IMG/VR virus record: IMGVR_UViG_3300018917_000003
DNA: 64,000 nt
Strand: one strand, 5' to 3'
Origin: a virus
Shown: positions 18,082-28,000 of the stretch, one piece after another
Layout of the letters: every line of letters begins with the position of its first letter
Numbering within the stretch: position 1 is the stretch's first letter
Position numbers and translations under genes: made by a program
The notes under the pieces: generated by a model
Told to the model about the DNA's origin: nothing
What the model saw: only the letters and a program-made list of their open reading frames with translations
Databases searched by the model: none

Positions 18082-19437
18082 TTATTCTTTTAGTTGAATG
18101 TAGTGCTTTTCTTCTCCTATAAAGTTTTTTACACCTTTGTATTTACCTTCATAGTACCCTCCTGCGGATTGCAATGTAAACTCTCCTTTAGGGCTTCCAT
18201 CTATTAAAAGCTTATCAAAGTCTTTTTCTGATATTCTATTTTTTAATACATCTTTTACCATTTCTATAGGGACAAGATTTCCCAAAATAAAACTTTTATC
18301 TAACGCTTTTTGTACGCCTATCATTATTTCGTCAAAGTCAGCTTTATCTGTAATAGCTTTTCCTTTAGCATAGGGTCTGGCAAGTCCCAAAGGATCTAGA
18401 TCGGGACGGTTTTGCAATTTTTTGTCTAATGATAGTTTTTTATTGGGCGAGTTTTTAGCAAGTACCTTTTCTCCTGCGGGTTCTAACTGAACGTATTGCC
18501 TGTATCCTGCACTGTTTATTTGTATGTCATCTTTGTCAACTTGACCTCCTCCCACAAGTCGAATTTTGTCGTCACTTTGTGATTGCACCATGTAATCATT
18601 AAACTTGTCTCTAGGTACTAATTCTCCAATAGCTTTTCTAATCTCAGCAATAGGTACAAAATTATCGTAATTCTTTTCTGTATTCAACTTGTTAAAAACA
18701 TGAAGCATTACATCTTCAAACTCTTTTTCTGTTTTTATTGAATGAGTTTTGGGATTCATTGTCGGGTCTAATGTTGACTTAGTTAGCTCCGGTTTTGGCT
18801 TTACTGGCTTTTCTTCTTGGGGTTTAGTCGCCGCCTTAATCTGTTGCGCTACTTTTTCTTTCCTTTCCTCTCTAAGTTGATTTGCTTTTTTATTTCTTTT
18901 GTCTGTGATTTTATTTGCGGCTGCCGTTCGAGCTTCAGCCCCTCCTTTGTCACCCTCGGCGTATAATCTGCCCGCTTTTGCCATTAATTTATTGAGTCGT
19001 TCTTTCCCGATCGCAGACTTTCCTCCCGAAGGTGGAATCCTACAAGTTTTTAGCAACCCAATACAACTAAAGCCACAGCCGAACGCTTCAACTCCACACT
19101 TAGGCTTTTTAGTTCGCTTGCCTGTCAACTTGCCATCAATTCGAGCGTCTTCAAATAGTGATACATACCCTTCGCTGTAAGCGTCAAACCTTACGGGTAA
19201 TTCGTCCGTATTGAAAGAATCAAGTTTCACCGCTGGCTTATAGCTAATCCCGTCAACGTCAATGATAAATTCGTAGACCCTGTTATTCCAAGAGTTTTTA
19301 AATTTGCCATTAATAACGTCTTCTTTGAGCGCATAAGTCAAAACTTGAATATTGCTCCCATAAGCTTCGTCACTCTCAAAAATTGACTCTAGCTCAGTCG
19401 TAAACTCCTGCTTGAGATTAGTTAAATCGCCGCTCAT
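18082..19437 (-). CDS. Paralogue family member P4: Cys4 N-module, Lys-rich linker and duplicated ~60-aa helical C-domain
   Basis: LESIFESDEAYGSNIQVLTY..INGKFKNSWNNRVYEF..ISYKP..CGVEAFGCGFSCIGLLKTC parallels P1-P3. The C-part has two related units (FEDVMLHVFNKL..NFVPIAEIRKAIGELV.. and FDEIMIGVQKAL..NLVPIEMVKDVLKNRI..). Confidence 0.7.
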   Translation of the reverse strand: MSGDLTNLKQEFTTELESIFESDEAYGSNIQVLTYALKEDVINGKFKNSWNNRVYEFIIDVDGISYKPAVKLDSFNTDELPVRFDAYSEGYVSLFEDARIDGKLTGKRTKKPKCGVEAFGCGFSCIGLLKTCRIPPSGGKSAIGKERLNKLMAKAGRLYAEGDKGGAEARTAAANKITDKRNKKANQLREERKEKVAQQIKAATKPQEEKPVKPKPELTKSTLDPTMNPKTHSIKTEKEFEDVMLHVFNKLNTEKNYDNFVPIAEIRKAIGELVPRDKFNDYMVQSQSDDKIRLVGGGQVDKDDIQINSAGYRQYVQLEPAGEKVLAKNSPNKKLSLDKKLQNRPDLDPLGLARPYAKGKAITDKADFDEIMIGVQKALDKSFILGNLVPIEMVKDVLKNRISEKDFDKLLIDGSPKGEFTLQSAGGYYEGKYKGVKNFIGEEKHYIQLKE

Positions 19438-19849
19438 CTGGCTTCCTCCTTACTGTGAGAATGTAAACAAGCGGGTTGTTCTCATCAATCGTCACAAACT
19501 CCACCTCCGTACCTCCAAATACGCGCCCATCACGCATTTCTGCATTTACCCAGTAGCTTGTTCCCGTCGCCTGAAGCCAGTCGCCAAAATCGAGATTGCG
19601 AGGGATGCCGGAAATTGTGAATTCGTTTTCCCGCGCTTGCGTCCCATCGTTTGACATCGTGGGAACAAAGATTGAGGGCGATGCTTTCTTCCAAATTAGA
19701 TTACTGACCGATCGCACTTCTTGCCTAGAAACGCCATCGGTCGTAAACCGCCGCACCAATAGCAGGTTGACAACGTTGGTCAAACCAAAACCATCGGCGG
19801 TCTTGGCAAAACTACAATCTCTAGCTTTCTGAGCAATTTTGGCAAACAT
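19418..19849 (-). CDS. Hypothetical head-tail joining region protein
   Basis: 143-aa ORF directly after the adaptor-like gene. Call is from position only. Confidence 0.55.
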   Translation of the reverse strand: MFAKIAQKARDCSFAKTADGFGLTNVVNLLLVRRFTTDGVSRQEVRSVSNLIWKKASPSIFVPTMSNDGTQARENEFTISGIPRNLDFGDWLQATGTSYWVNAEMRDGRVFGGTEVEFVTIDENNPLVYILTVRRKPDERRFN

Positions 19850-20199
19850 TAAGCAACAAATCCACTAAGAGGCAACGTCTGTCTGATTCGGAGAACTTCT
19901 TGACCGTAGCTCGTGCTATTTAGGTTTTCAACATTCCCACCCCCGGCTTTTGGCAGAGATGGAGTGCCGCCCTTTGCCGCCTCTACCGCCGCCCCCGCGA
20001 TCGCCCCTGCTTGAAAATACTGCATTGCTATCCTGTGCGCTGCCAAGTGTGCAATCGCTTCTTGGTGCAGGTTGCCGTAAATAGCCGCAGGACATTCTTT
20101 ACTCGCTTGGAGCAAAGCCCGTTCGACGTGATGGCGATCGCATTCAGCAAGCTCAGGAAATAGCAAACAGAAATTCTCAATAGAGACTATTCCCATCAT
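19849..20199 (-). CDS. Head-tail adaptor-like protein (resembles DUF4054)
   Basis: FCLLFPELAE...AIAHLAAHRIAMQ pattern, typical in my memory of DUF4054 connector proteins placed after the capsid gene. Confidence 0.5.
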   Translation of the reverse strand: MMGIVSIENFCLLFPELAECDRHHVERALLQASKECPAAIYGNLHQEAIAHLAAHRIAMQYFQAGAIAGAAVEAAKGGTPSLPKAGGGNVENLNSTSYGQEVLRIRQTLPLSGFVA

Positions 20200-20549
20200 T
20201 TTTTAGGAGAGATAGGAGTTTTTTCGACTTCTGGCGGGCGAGTAACAAATGCGGACACGTCAACAACTTCGGGAGCAACTTCTTGGGCAACTAGCTTGGT
20301 TTCTACCGGAGTCGATACCCGTGTTGATTTCTTGGTGTCTGGTGGTGTTATTACTGTTGGTTGATCGAAAGTAACTCGAAGGATACCTTGCTCAATCCTT
20401 TGTTTTACTAGCGGATGATCCGCGTATTCTTTCCATTTCTCGGTATCAACTTCGTTCCGACCAGGAATTAAGCGTATAGGGCCGAGGAATAAATCGCCAA
20501 TTTGCTTAACCGAGCTTAGTTGTGGAAGATATTCAACGATTCCTATCAT
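20196..20549 (-). CDS. Hypothetical protein downstream of the major capsid gene
   Basis: 117-aa ORF coupled to both neighbours. Confidence 0.55.
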   Translation of the reverse strand: MIGIVEYLPQLSSVKQIGDLFLGPIRLIPGRNEVDTEKWKEYADHPLVKQRIEQGILRVTFDQPTVITPPDTKKSTRVSTPVETKLVAQEVAPEVVDVSAFVTRPPEVEKTPISPKK

Positions 20550-21469
20550 TAGCTGCTCAACACTCCTTCAATAACTAGACCAGACAACCGAGAAAAGAAT
20601 GTGCCACCGTTGCGTTCGTGAATTAGCACTTCCTTAGAGGTATCGCTGTTGTGATGTAAAAGTTGCTCGATCGGCTGCGGAATGAACCGTTTGACGTGGC
20701 TGGGGTCTTTCTTGTAGAAAATAATGGCAGGAGTGCCATCGAATCCAGCTTCATCAGCTTCCGACACATCATCCACGTAGGTAATCTGTGGATTAGATTT
20801 GCGCCACAAATCCATGATCGTGGTGTCGCTGTTGGCATTCCTAAATGTGGTATTCATTACCGTACGAACCCGCGACGGAAATAACACAGTATCCGCCTTG
20901 AATGTGCGATTGGTAATAACGTCGTAAATCATATTTGACCACGTATTAAGATATCGCAGCATTAAGTTTGGATCTAGCTCCGGGTCGTCAAACTGGACGG
21001 GACTAAGAACTTTAGGCAAGAGCGGAAAAGTAAACAACCCATATAGCCCAGCCATCGGATCGCCAAGATACGCAATCCTGTTGGATTCGCGCATCACCAT
21101 TTCCTTCGCGCCATAAGCCTTCTCCGCCGAAATGTCGATTCCAGCGAAAGCCGCCGCCCGTACCTCTTGGAAAGTTACCCGATAAGCTGCCGTGATTGAC
21201 TTGACGTTGCTAGCGTTCATCGCTTCGCCAACAATGCCCACCAGTGGTGGATCGTCACCAGGGGCAGAGGTAATTTTCGCCCGACCTCTATAGTCGAGCG
21301 TTACTTGCGTCAACATCTCTGCACCGGGGCCGCCTTCGTAAGAAGTTGGGATATGCTCGGACGCTTTTAATTCGGGATAGGCAGCGCGTTCAACTTTTGG
21401 AATAATATGCTCAAGAGCACGTTGCAAAAGGATCGGCCCGTCCATTCGGATATCTGCTGCTGTAGGCAT
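20549..21469 (-). CDS. Major capsid protein (resembles DUF2184-type capsid proteins)
   Basis: 306 aa. It follows the scaffold-like and decoration-like genes. The N-terminal LQRALEHIIPKVERAAYPELKAS..IPTSYEGGPGAE.. resembles that family as I remember it. Confidence 0.65.
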   Translation of the reverse strand: MPTAADIRMDGPILLQRALEHIIPKVERAAYPELKASEHIPTSYEGGPGAEMLTQVTLDYRGRAKITSAPGDDPPLVGIVGEAMNASNVKSITAAYRVTFQEVRAAAFAGIDISAEKAYGAKEMVMRESNRIAYLGDPMAGLYGLFTFPLLPKVLSPVQFDDPELDPNLMLRYLNTWSNMIYDVITNRTFKADTVLFPSRVRTVMNTTFRNANSDTTIMDLWRKSNPQITYVDDVSEADEAGFDGTPAIIFYKKDPSHVKRFIPQPIEQLLHHNSDTSKEVLIHERNGGTFFSRLSGLVIEGVLSS

Positions 21470-21492
21470 TTTAGTTGTTAAAAATAAAGGGA

Positions 21493-22296
21493 TTAAGTCG
21501 CTGCGGGAGCGGTTATGTTGCCGTATCCGATCTTGATTTGCACTAAATCAGATCCCGAAGTTAAGAATTGAGCGTTTGTCAATTGCAAGTCAGCCCCAGC
21601 AGCAGTTTCACCCCGAAAAGCTCCAATTTTTCCAGCGCCAGAATAGCGATAGAAAACAGGAGAGCTTGGTGTTACTGGAGGGCCTTCGATTGCTACCCAC
21701 AGCACACCCATTTCCCGAACTAACATCACATCAGTCCGACGATAAACGTGCTTGCTCGCGCCATAGGGTGCAGCATTTGTTCGCAAACCATCATCGGCAG
21801 TGATACCTACGAATTTATGGTTTGCATCAGGTGCGCCAAGTCGAACTTCTCGATCACTATCGGTTGCGAGGCGAACAACAGCAAGACCAAGCTCAATATC
21901 GGTAGAAGCAGAAACAGGTGTCGTGATTGTTTGCGTCAATGCTGCGGTTCCAGGTGTTACCGTCAAAAGTTTTCCGGGAAGCCCAGTAATTGTCAGAGTG
22001 TTTCCTGCGCCAGTAGCAGCGTCCACGCCAGCAAACGACTGGTTAATTGCTGTAACCAAAGCATCACGCAATAACGTAATATTCCCCCCAGTCGCGGGAG
22101 TCGTAGTGGTAACTGTTACACCATTAATAGTCAGAGCGTATTCAGCGCTAGGTGTGAAACTTGCGACAGTGACCGTTACAACTCCGGGAACGTCAAGCGC
22201 TGTATTGAAGTAGCTTCTATCGTACTTAGGAGAATCTAAGTCCGCTGGCATACCGGAGTAGCCGACAGGAAAATATGGAGTAAAAGAGGTTTGCAT
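21493..22296 (-). CDS. Putative head decoration / capsid cement protein
   Basis: 267-aa Ala/Thr/Gly-rich beta protein between the scaffold-like and capsid genes. The C-terminal half resembles DUF2190-type proteins (from memory). Confidence 0.45.
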   Translation of the reverse strand: MQTSFTPYFPVGYSGMPADLDSPKYDRSYFNTALDVPGVVTVTVASFTPSAEYALTINGVTVTTTTPATGGNITLLRDALVTAINQSFAGVDAATGAGNTLTITGLPGKLLTVTPGTAALTQTITTPVSASTDIELGLAVVRLATDSDREVRLGAPDANHKFVGITADDGLRTNAAPYGASKHVYRRTDVMLVREMGVLWVAIEGPPVTPSSPVFYRYSGAGKIGAFRGETAAGADLQLTNAQFLTSGSDLVQIKIGYGNITAPAAT

Positions 22297-22297
22297 A

Positions 22298-23722
22298 TTA
22301 ATTTTTCACCTTCCAAGCTTCTGAATCTCTAGCGAAAGTCTCTTGTCGAATTTTTTCAACCGAATCAAAGTGATAATTGCTCGAATCTGCCTTTGCTTGG
22401 TCTATGAACTGAGACATAAACCCGCGTTCGGCAGTTGGTTTGACTAAGCCTTCGGCAACCATGACACCAAAAGCCGTGCGAATCACGTCATCTGGGTTAA
22501 CTGCTTCTTGAATAAGCGAATCAAGGTTTAGTCCAGGGCGAGAATTTTGCAGAGCAAGTCGCATAATTTCAACACTGTCTAGCGTGTAGTCTGGTTCATT
22601 TATGGCAATTTTAGGCAAAAATGGCTCTGCCTCTTTCCAAGTCTTAACCCAAGACTCTCGCTGAGTTATGATTGCTTTTTCTTGAGCTTCGCGGGTTAAT
22701 TGCAATTCAGAATCTAGTCGTTGAACTTTAGATTTAGCACTGTCAAGTTCGCGACGGAAAGCAGCGTTGTCTCGCTCCGCACTGTCTAGGCGACCTTCTA
22801 GTTCAGTGATCTGAATTTGCTTTTCCTTGACTCGGCGGTTGGTTGCGCTATCACTATCTGATCGGCTCAAGTCACTTTCTACAGACAAGCTATCTTCGTA
22901 AGCTGTAGCCCGACCTTGCCAATAAACAGCAGAGTCTTTGGTTTCGCTTAACTCTTCCTCTTTTTCTGCCCACATTGTTTGCATCTCAATCACAAGAGAA
23001 ATTAAGTCCTCTTTGCTTTTGCCACGCAAGTCGTCTTCATCGTGCATTTTCATGCTTTCACCTCCTACTTTTATGTGCAAATTGTCGAGCCGAACTTCTG
23101 AGTCATTCCAAGTTGGCTCCGCAAGCTGCCAGCATTTTTCTAAATTTTCTGAATCTTTATGAAGTTCAGGGTTTACATCGGGATAAAGCCGAAGATCAGC
23201 CCCACCCCGCGCTTTAATTGTTAGGGCTATGTGGTTGCCTTTGATATTTCGCTGGATAGCGTCATATCGCTGACCCTCCCAAACTCCCGGTGTCCAGTCA
23301 AGTTTTGTTATGTACCCGACTGACAATTCAATCCGCCCGCCGTCTAACGCATTTTTGACAGCGTGTTGGTCAATCAGTTTGACTTTTGTGCTGACAAATC
23401 CGCCGTCATAACTAACTGAACCATTCCAACCAACAGCGAACTGTCGAGCATTAGACGAATCCAACATTGCGGGAGGATGCTCGATCGAGATTGGCAAATC
23501 GCACAACGTTTTTAATGAGTCGCGGTTTGCCACTTCTTCTGGGGGTCGAAACTCTCGGCGGATAGTACCGTCCGGGTTGGGGTATTCTTGAATCCCGATG
23601 CGGGCAATTTTGGCATTAGCGACCAGATACCCTTCGGGTGTTAACTGCCACTCACCCAATTTGCCAGAATCGGCTCGATATTCCCAGTCGGTCTTTTCGA
23701 GAGTTTTGGACACAACAATCAA
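22298..23722 (-). CDS. Putative prohead protease/scaffold fusion (DUF2213-like N-domain plus coiled-coil C-half)
   Basis: ..SLKTLCDLPISIEHP..VGWNGSV..IELSVGYI..YDAIQRNIKGNHIALTIKARGG matches the DUF2213 pattern as I recall it. aa 230-370 are strongly coiled-coil (E/R/L/S-rich). The start is a non-ATG (TTG) and uncertain. Confidence 0.6.
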   Translation of the reverse strand: MIVVSKTLEKTDWEYRADSGKLGEWQLTPEGYLVANAKIARIGIQEYPNPDGTIRREFRPPEEVANRDSLKTLCDLPISIEHPPAMLDSSNARQFAVGWNGSVSYDGGFVSTKVKLIDQHAVKNALDGGRIELSVGYITKLDWTPGVWEGQRYDAIQRNIKGNHIALTIKARGGADLRLYPDVNPELHKDSENLEKCWQLAEPTWNDSEVRLDNLHIKVGGESMKMHDEDDLRGKSKEDLISLVIEMQTMWAEKEEELSETKDSAVYWQGRATAYEDSLSVESDLSRSDSDSATNRRVKEKQIQITELEGRLDSAERDNAAFRRELDSAKSKVQRLDSELQLTREAQEKAIITQRESWVKTWKEAEPFLPKIAINEPDYTLDSVEIMRLALQNSRPGLNLDSLIQEAVNPDDVIRTAFGVMVAEGLVKPTAERGFMSQFIDQAKADSSNYHFDSVEKIRQETFARDSEAWKVKN

Positions 23723-23842
23723 ATATTAAAAGTCGCTTATCCGTTGATACGCGAACAGGAGAACTCTAAACCCTATATTATCTGTAGGGTTTCTTGATGT
23801 TGATATTTAAACAGCGTTTTTACCTGAATTGGCACAAATCAG

Positions 23843-23873
23843 CATAAATTATGTCAAAATGACATAAGTTATG
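23843..23873. promoter_or_regulatory. 31-bp near-perfect palindrome (candidate operator) overlapping the XRE gene ATG
   Basis: CATAAATTATGTCA-AAA-TGACATAAGTTATG: 14-nt arms with one mismatch, in the divergent control region between the virion operon and the + strand operon. Confidence 0.5.
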
Positions 23874-24194
23874 CAATTTACGCTCATGCCAACTTTTGCA
23901 ATTTCTGTAGAATTTAATTGCGCGTCAAAAAAACGAGCAATGGGTTTATTGATACAATTATTTAGAGAGTCAAAAGGTTTGAGCCGAGGTCAGTTGGAAG
24001 AATTGGCAGACCTTCCAGTTAGAAGCGTAAAGGAGATAGAGAAGGGAGCCAGAGGAATTGACGCTATTGAGTTACAACGCATTGCATCAGTGTTTGGATC
24101 GCCTCTTGACGCACTTGTCCCACAGCAACTTATAAAAAATGGACAAAATAACACTGGAAACGGATTTGCTCGATCGGCTCGACAAAGCCAGTAA
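23871..24194 (+). CDS. XRE/Cro-CI family HTH transcriptional regulator
   Basis: LIQLFRESKGLSRGQLEELADLPVRSVKEIEKGARGIDAIELQRIASVFG is a typical HTH_3 pattern. The start may be the internal ATG at 23940. Confidence 0.75.
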   Translation: MQFTLMPTFAISVEFNCASKKRAMGLLIQLFRESKGLSRGQLEELADLPVRSVKEIEKGARGIDAIELQRIASVFGSPLDALVPQQLIKNGQNNTGNGFARSARQSQ

Positions 24195-24393
24195 GTTCTT
24201 AGGCTCGCTCTCGACAGAACCATTGGCGGCAGATAGCCAGCCAAGTAAGGATATTTCCCAGTCCAGACTGGCAACCAAAGATATCAGTTCCAGACGCAAG
24301 CCCACAGAAATAGCCAAAGTCAAGTCGGTGCAATCTGTTACAGATAAACTAGAGCAACAATTAATAAAGGAATTGGTGAGTTATTTTGAGTAA
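24139..24393 (+). CDS. Hypothetical small protein
   Basis: 84-aa ORF overlapping the XRE gene's 3' end. No motif. It lies two genes before the tape measure. Confidence 0.45.
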   Translation: MDKITLETDLLDRLDKASKFLGSLSTEPLAADSQPSKDISQSRLATKDISSRRKPTEIAKVKSVQSVTDKLEQQLIKELVSYFE

Positions 24394-25000
24394 TACTACA
24401 GTGACAATTGCGGGCAAGGAGTATATTTATCAAGGCGTGACAGACCTAGAAGTTGCGCCTTTGGCAGAAGTATTTGGCACTGAACGTCCAGAAGAAGGAA
24501 CTAAAGAATACAGAGACTGGGAAAAACAGTTTATGCGGAGGTTTGCTGACTACTCTAGTCAGCGGGCGATCGCTTTTTTCCTGCTGTGTGCGTTTCCAGA
24601 ACTTCCAGAGTCGATCGTTAAATACACGGTTCGCAGGATGCCTGATGGTACTGAAGAGTGCAAACCGGGGCGAGATTTGCGAGTTAAGTTAGAAGCAAAA
24701 GACTTTGAGCAAATTGTTCTAATTATTTCAGGCGAGCTAAAAAAAATAGAGCAGAAATTAAGCCAAGGAAACAACTCGCGCAGAATGATTATTGACACTG
24801 GTACACATAATACCAAGTCTATGACCCTTGATAATCGCGCTATTAGCCCTACTGCCATCAAGCGACGTGAGGCTGCACATTTTGTACTAGACGACGCTGA
24901 TGTTGACCAAGAAAACTCAATTCCTGTTCAACAGAATAATTCAGAAGAAATAGCGTCAATCGTAGCTGAAGTTTTGAAGCAGCGTCAATCAGCGAATTAA
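24386..25000 (+). CDS. Hypothetical protein (possible tail assembly chaperone, from position only)
   Basis: 204-aa ORF with a TTG start, immediately upstream of the tape measure gene. Confidence 0.45.
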   Translation: MSNTTVTIAGKEYIYQGVTDLEVAPLAEVFGTERPEEGTKEYRDWEKQFMRRFADYSSQRAIAFFLLCAFPELPESIVKYTVRRMPDGTEECKPGRDLRVKLEAKDFEQIVLIISGELKKIEQKLSQGNNSRRMIIDTGTHNTKSMTLDNRAISPTAIKRREAAHFVLDDADVDQENSIPVQQNNSEEIASIVAEVLKQRQSAN

Positions 25001-25063
25001 AAATATAGTTAACAAAATACTGCGAACAGGAGAACTTGCCAAGTTCGCTTATTTTTTAACTTT

Positions 25064-28000
25064 ATGGCTAGCGGAATTAATGTAATTTTCTCTATTACGG
25101 ACTTAGCGAGTTCTGCGCTGGCTAATGTTCGATCGGAAATGTCAAGAGTTGCCAGCGGTATTACTGAAGCTAGTACCGCGCTTTTCTTTTGGAGCGAAGC
25201 TTTTGGTCAAATACAAGTCGCATCCAGTCAATTCTATGACTTATTTATTGGTCAAAATGAACGGATGCGCCAGGATATACTGGCAACTCAGTCTAGTTTG
25301 GCTGCCGTTCAAGACGTATATATGAACGGCATTAAACTAACAGATCCTACCGCTGCAATACAAGCTTTTGAAGCTCCCATTAAAAAGTCGTTAAATCAAA
25401 TTGCGGTTGATTCCTTACAACTTGTCGGAGTCACGTCGGGACAATTGACAGACCTGTTTCAGGTTGCGCTTACTAATGCAACGAAGATAACAGCACAATC
25501 TAAAGAGTTTGCAGATCCCATCAAAGCTGCTGAGCGTTTAACTATCTCGTTTGCGGGTGCTTTTGGTGCGCTTGGCATCCCTATGGAGCAAGCCGGTCAA
25601 GAGATGGGGAGTATCTTGACTGCTCAAATTGATTCAAATAGTGTTTTAGCTAAAGGTCTTGGTATTACCAATCAGCAAGTTAGCGCTTGGAGTTCACAAG
25701 GAAAATTAGTGGATCAACTTGTAGGTAGACTTGCTCCATTTGTTGCTGGCAATGCTCTTGCTGCAAAAAGTGTAGGCAGTATTTTATCAAACCTTCAAGA
25801 GATTGTAGAGGTAACAACTCGACTATCTGGCGAAAAACTAACAGATTTGTTTGTTGAAAGTCTTGATATTATTTATCAATATCTCACCAGCATTCAACCT
25901 CAGATTCAACAAACACTAGATAATGTCACTGGATTTATCGTTGGCACTGTCGATACTATAACAAAAATATTATTACCTTTTCTTCCAACCTTTGAATCTA
26001 TTCGTGATTCCATTTTAAGCATAGGAGGTTCTTTAGGTGAGATAGCTGGAGGTTCTTTCCAGTTATTTTTGGCAGGATTAACTGGGATAATGCCTGTTCT
26101 GATGCCTGTTTTTAATTTACTTGGGGAGATTCTGAAAGTTGTGTCAGCACTTTTGGCAGATCCAGTAATTCAACAGATAGTGCAATTCGCTATAGTTGTT
26201 ACTGCCATTGCAGGGCCTTTGGCAACTATTGCCACTTTAATGGCAACTATTTCTGGACTTTTTGCAGCAGGAGGTAGTATTGGGCTATTTGTGACAACAC
26301 TGACTATCATTGCGCCGCAACTGGCAGCCACAGTTCTAACGCTAGTTTCAGCGATGGCATCAATTGCAGGATTCGCTGGATCTGCGGGGGCTGTTGTAGC
26401 ATCTGGGTCGGCAATGGCTGTACTAGGTAGCGCAATAACCACTGTAGCTGTCGCACTTGGGCCACTAGCGTTGGCAATTGCAGCGGTAGCAGCAGCAGCT
26501 TATGCTTTCCAAAATGCAAAAGCAGGTGATGCAGCAGAAGCCCTTGACACGATCGGAACCCGGAGCGATCAATCTACTACTGGAGCTAATAACACAGCCT
26601 TGAAGTTGCGCCAATTACGAGATGCAGAAATTATTCAAGGTGAGTTGACTGATGAACAAAAAGCTAACCAAAAAGCGTTGAAAACGCAAGCTACTAACTA
26701 TTCGGCGCAGATAGAAGCCGACATCGCCGCAGCCAAAGCCGTAGACACAGTTGGCAATGAGTCATTGGAAAACGCCAAGCAAGCTCTTGTAGCCGGAAAT
26801 CAACGATCTTTAGATGTTTTGGGCAAGTATGTCGGCGGGCTATCTACCTCCGCAAAAGCTTTGGCAGAGTTAGGAGGAATTTTTACACAAACAGGGAACC
26901 AAGTTATAGGCTTTGAGAAGCAAATAAAAGAAGCAACCTCAGATGCTGAGTTCCAGGCTGCCAACAAAGGATTAGCGGAATTAATAAATACTCAAGTTGA
27001 GTCTGGACAAATCGGCGCAGAACAGGGAACCAAGCGTCTACAGCAGATATTGAGTGACACCAGGGTAGAGATTGATGGCAAAGAGGCGGCTCTAAAGGCT
27101 CTCGAAGCCATCCAAAATTTGCAGCTAGAAAATGAACTAAATGCCAACGAAATAGCTCAAAACGAAATCAACAAAATGCGGGAAGAGGGGCGCATTGGCG
27201 AAGTAAAAGCTGAGCAAGAACTTACCGATCTTAAATTGAAAGAAATTGCAGCCCAATCGGATTCGCAAAAAGCATCGCATAGAGAAAGGATGCGCCAGAT
27301 TCAAGAAGAAATGAATACGGCATTAGAGGTATTAGATAAGGAGATTGCCCAAAAACAATCGAATCTTGACAAACTGAAAAGCACTAACGTTCCTAAAGTT
27401 GAGATTGTACAAGCAGAGCGAGATTTGGCAAAATCTAAAACTGCGCGAAACACAAAACAATCAGAATTCGTGAATATTCAATCTGAACAAAACGATGACA
27501 ACGCTTTAAAGTCAGCAAAATTAGCAGCAGAAGCCGCCAAAGTAGAAAAACAACAGCGAGACCTTCGCAAGCGCGAAGCGTTAAAAGACTTTGACGAACG
27601 CCAAAAAATCAACGACTCAGCCCGCGAACGGGGACTGAAAGACAACCAGGAAGCGGCGCGGGAATCTATTCAGATTGCCAAAGGTAGAGCAAAATTAGAG
27701 CTATCTCAAATTAAAGACAAAACGGCAAAACTGGAAGCCGAAGCCAAGAAGCAAGGCAAAACAGTCAAAGAGTACGACAAGGAAGCATGGGAAGCTTTGC
27801 AAGTTCAACAAGCCGAAGCATTGCAGAACTTAGCAAAAGCCCGCAAGGATGGATTTGAAAAACGTTTGTCAGATATAAAACAGGATGCCCAAGAAGCTAC
27901 TGCCATTGTTGAAGCAGCCCAAGCAAAAAATGAGATTGACAACCAGAAAGCTGCTACCAAAACGGCAGAGATTGCAACTAAAAGCATCAACACTCAGATT

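Noticed and set aside
24380-24395. Canonical -1 programmed frameshift (G/GT-type chaperone pair) between 24139-24393 and 24386-25000
   Set aside because: The downstream ORF is in the +1 frame relative to the upstream one, not -1. No XXXYYYZ slippery heptamer is evident. There is also no extra ORF between 25000 and the tape measure start.
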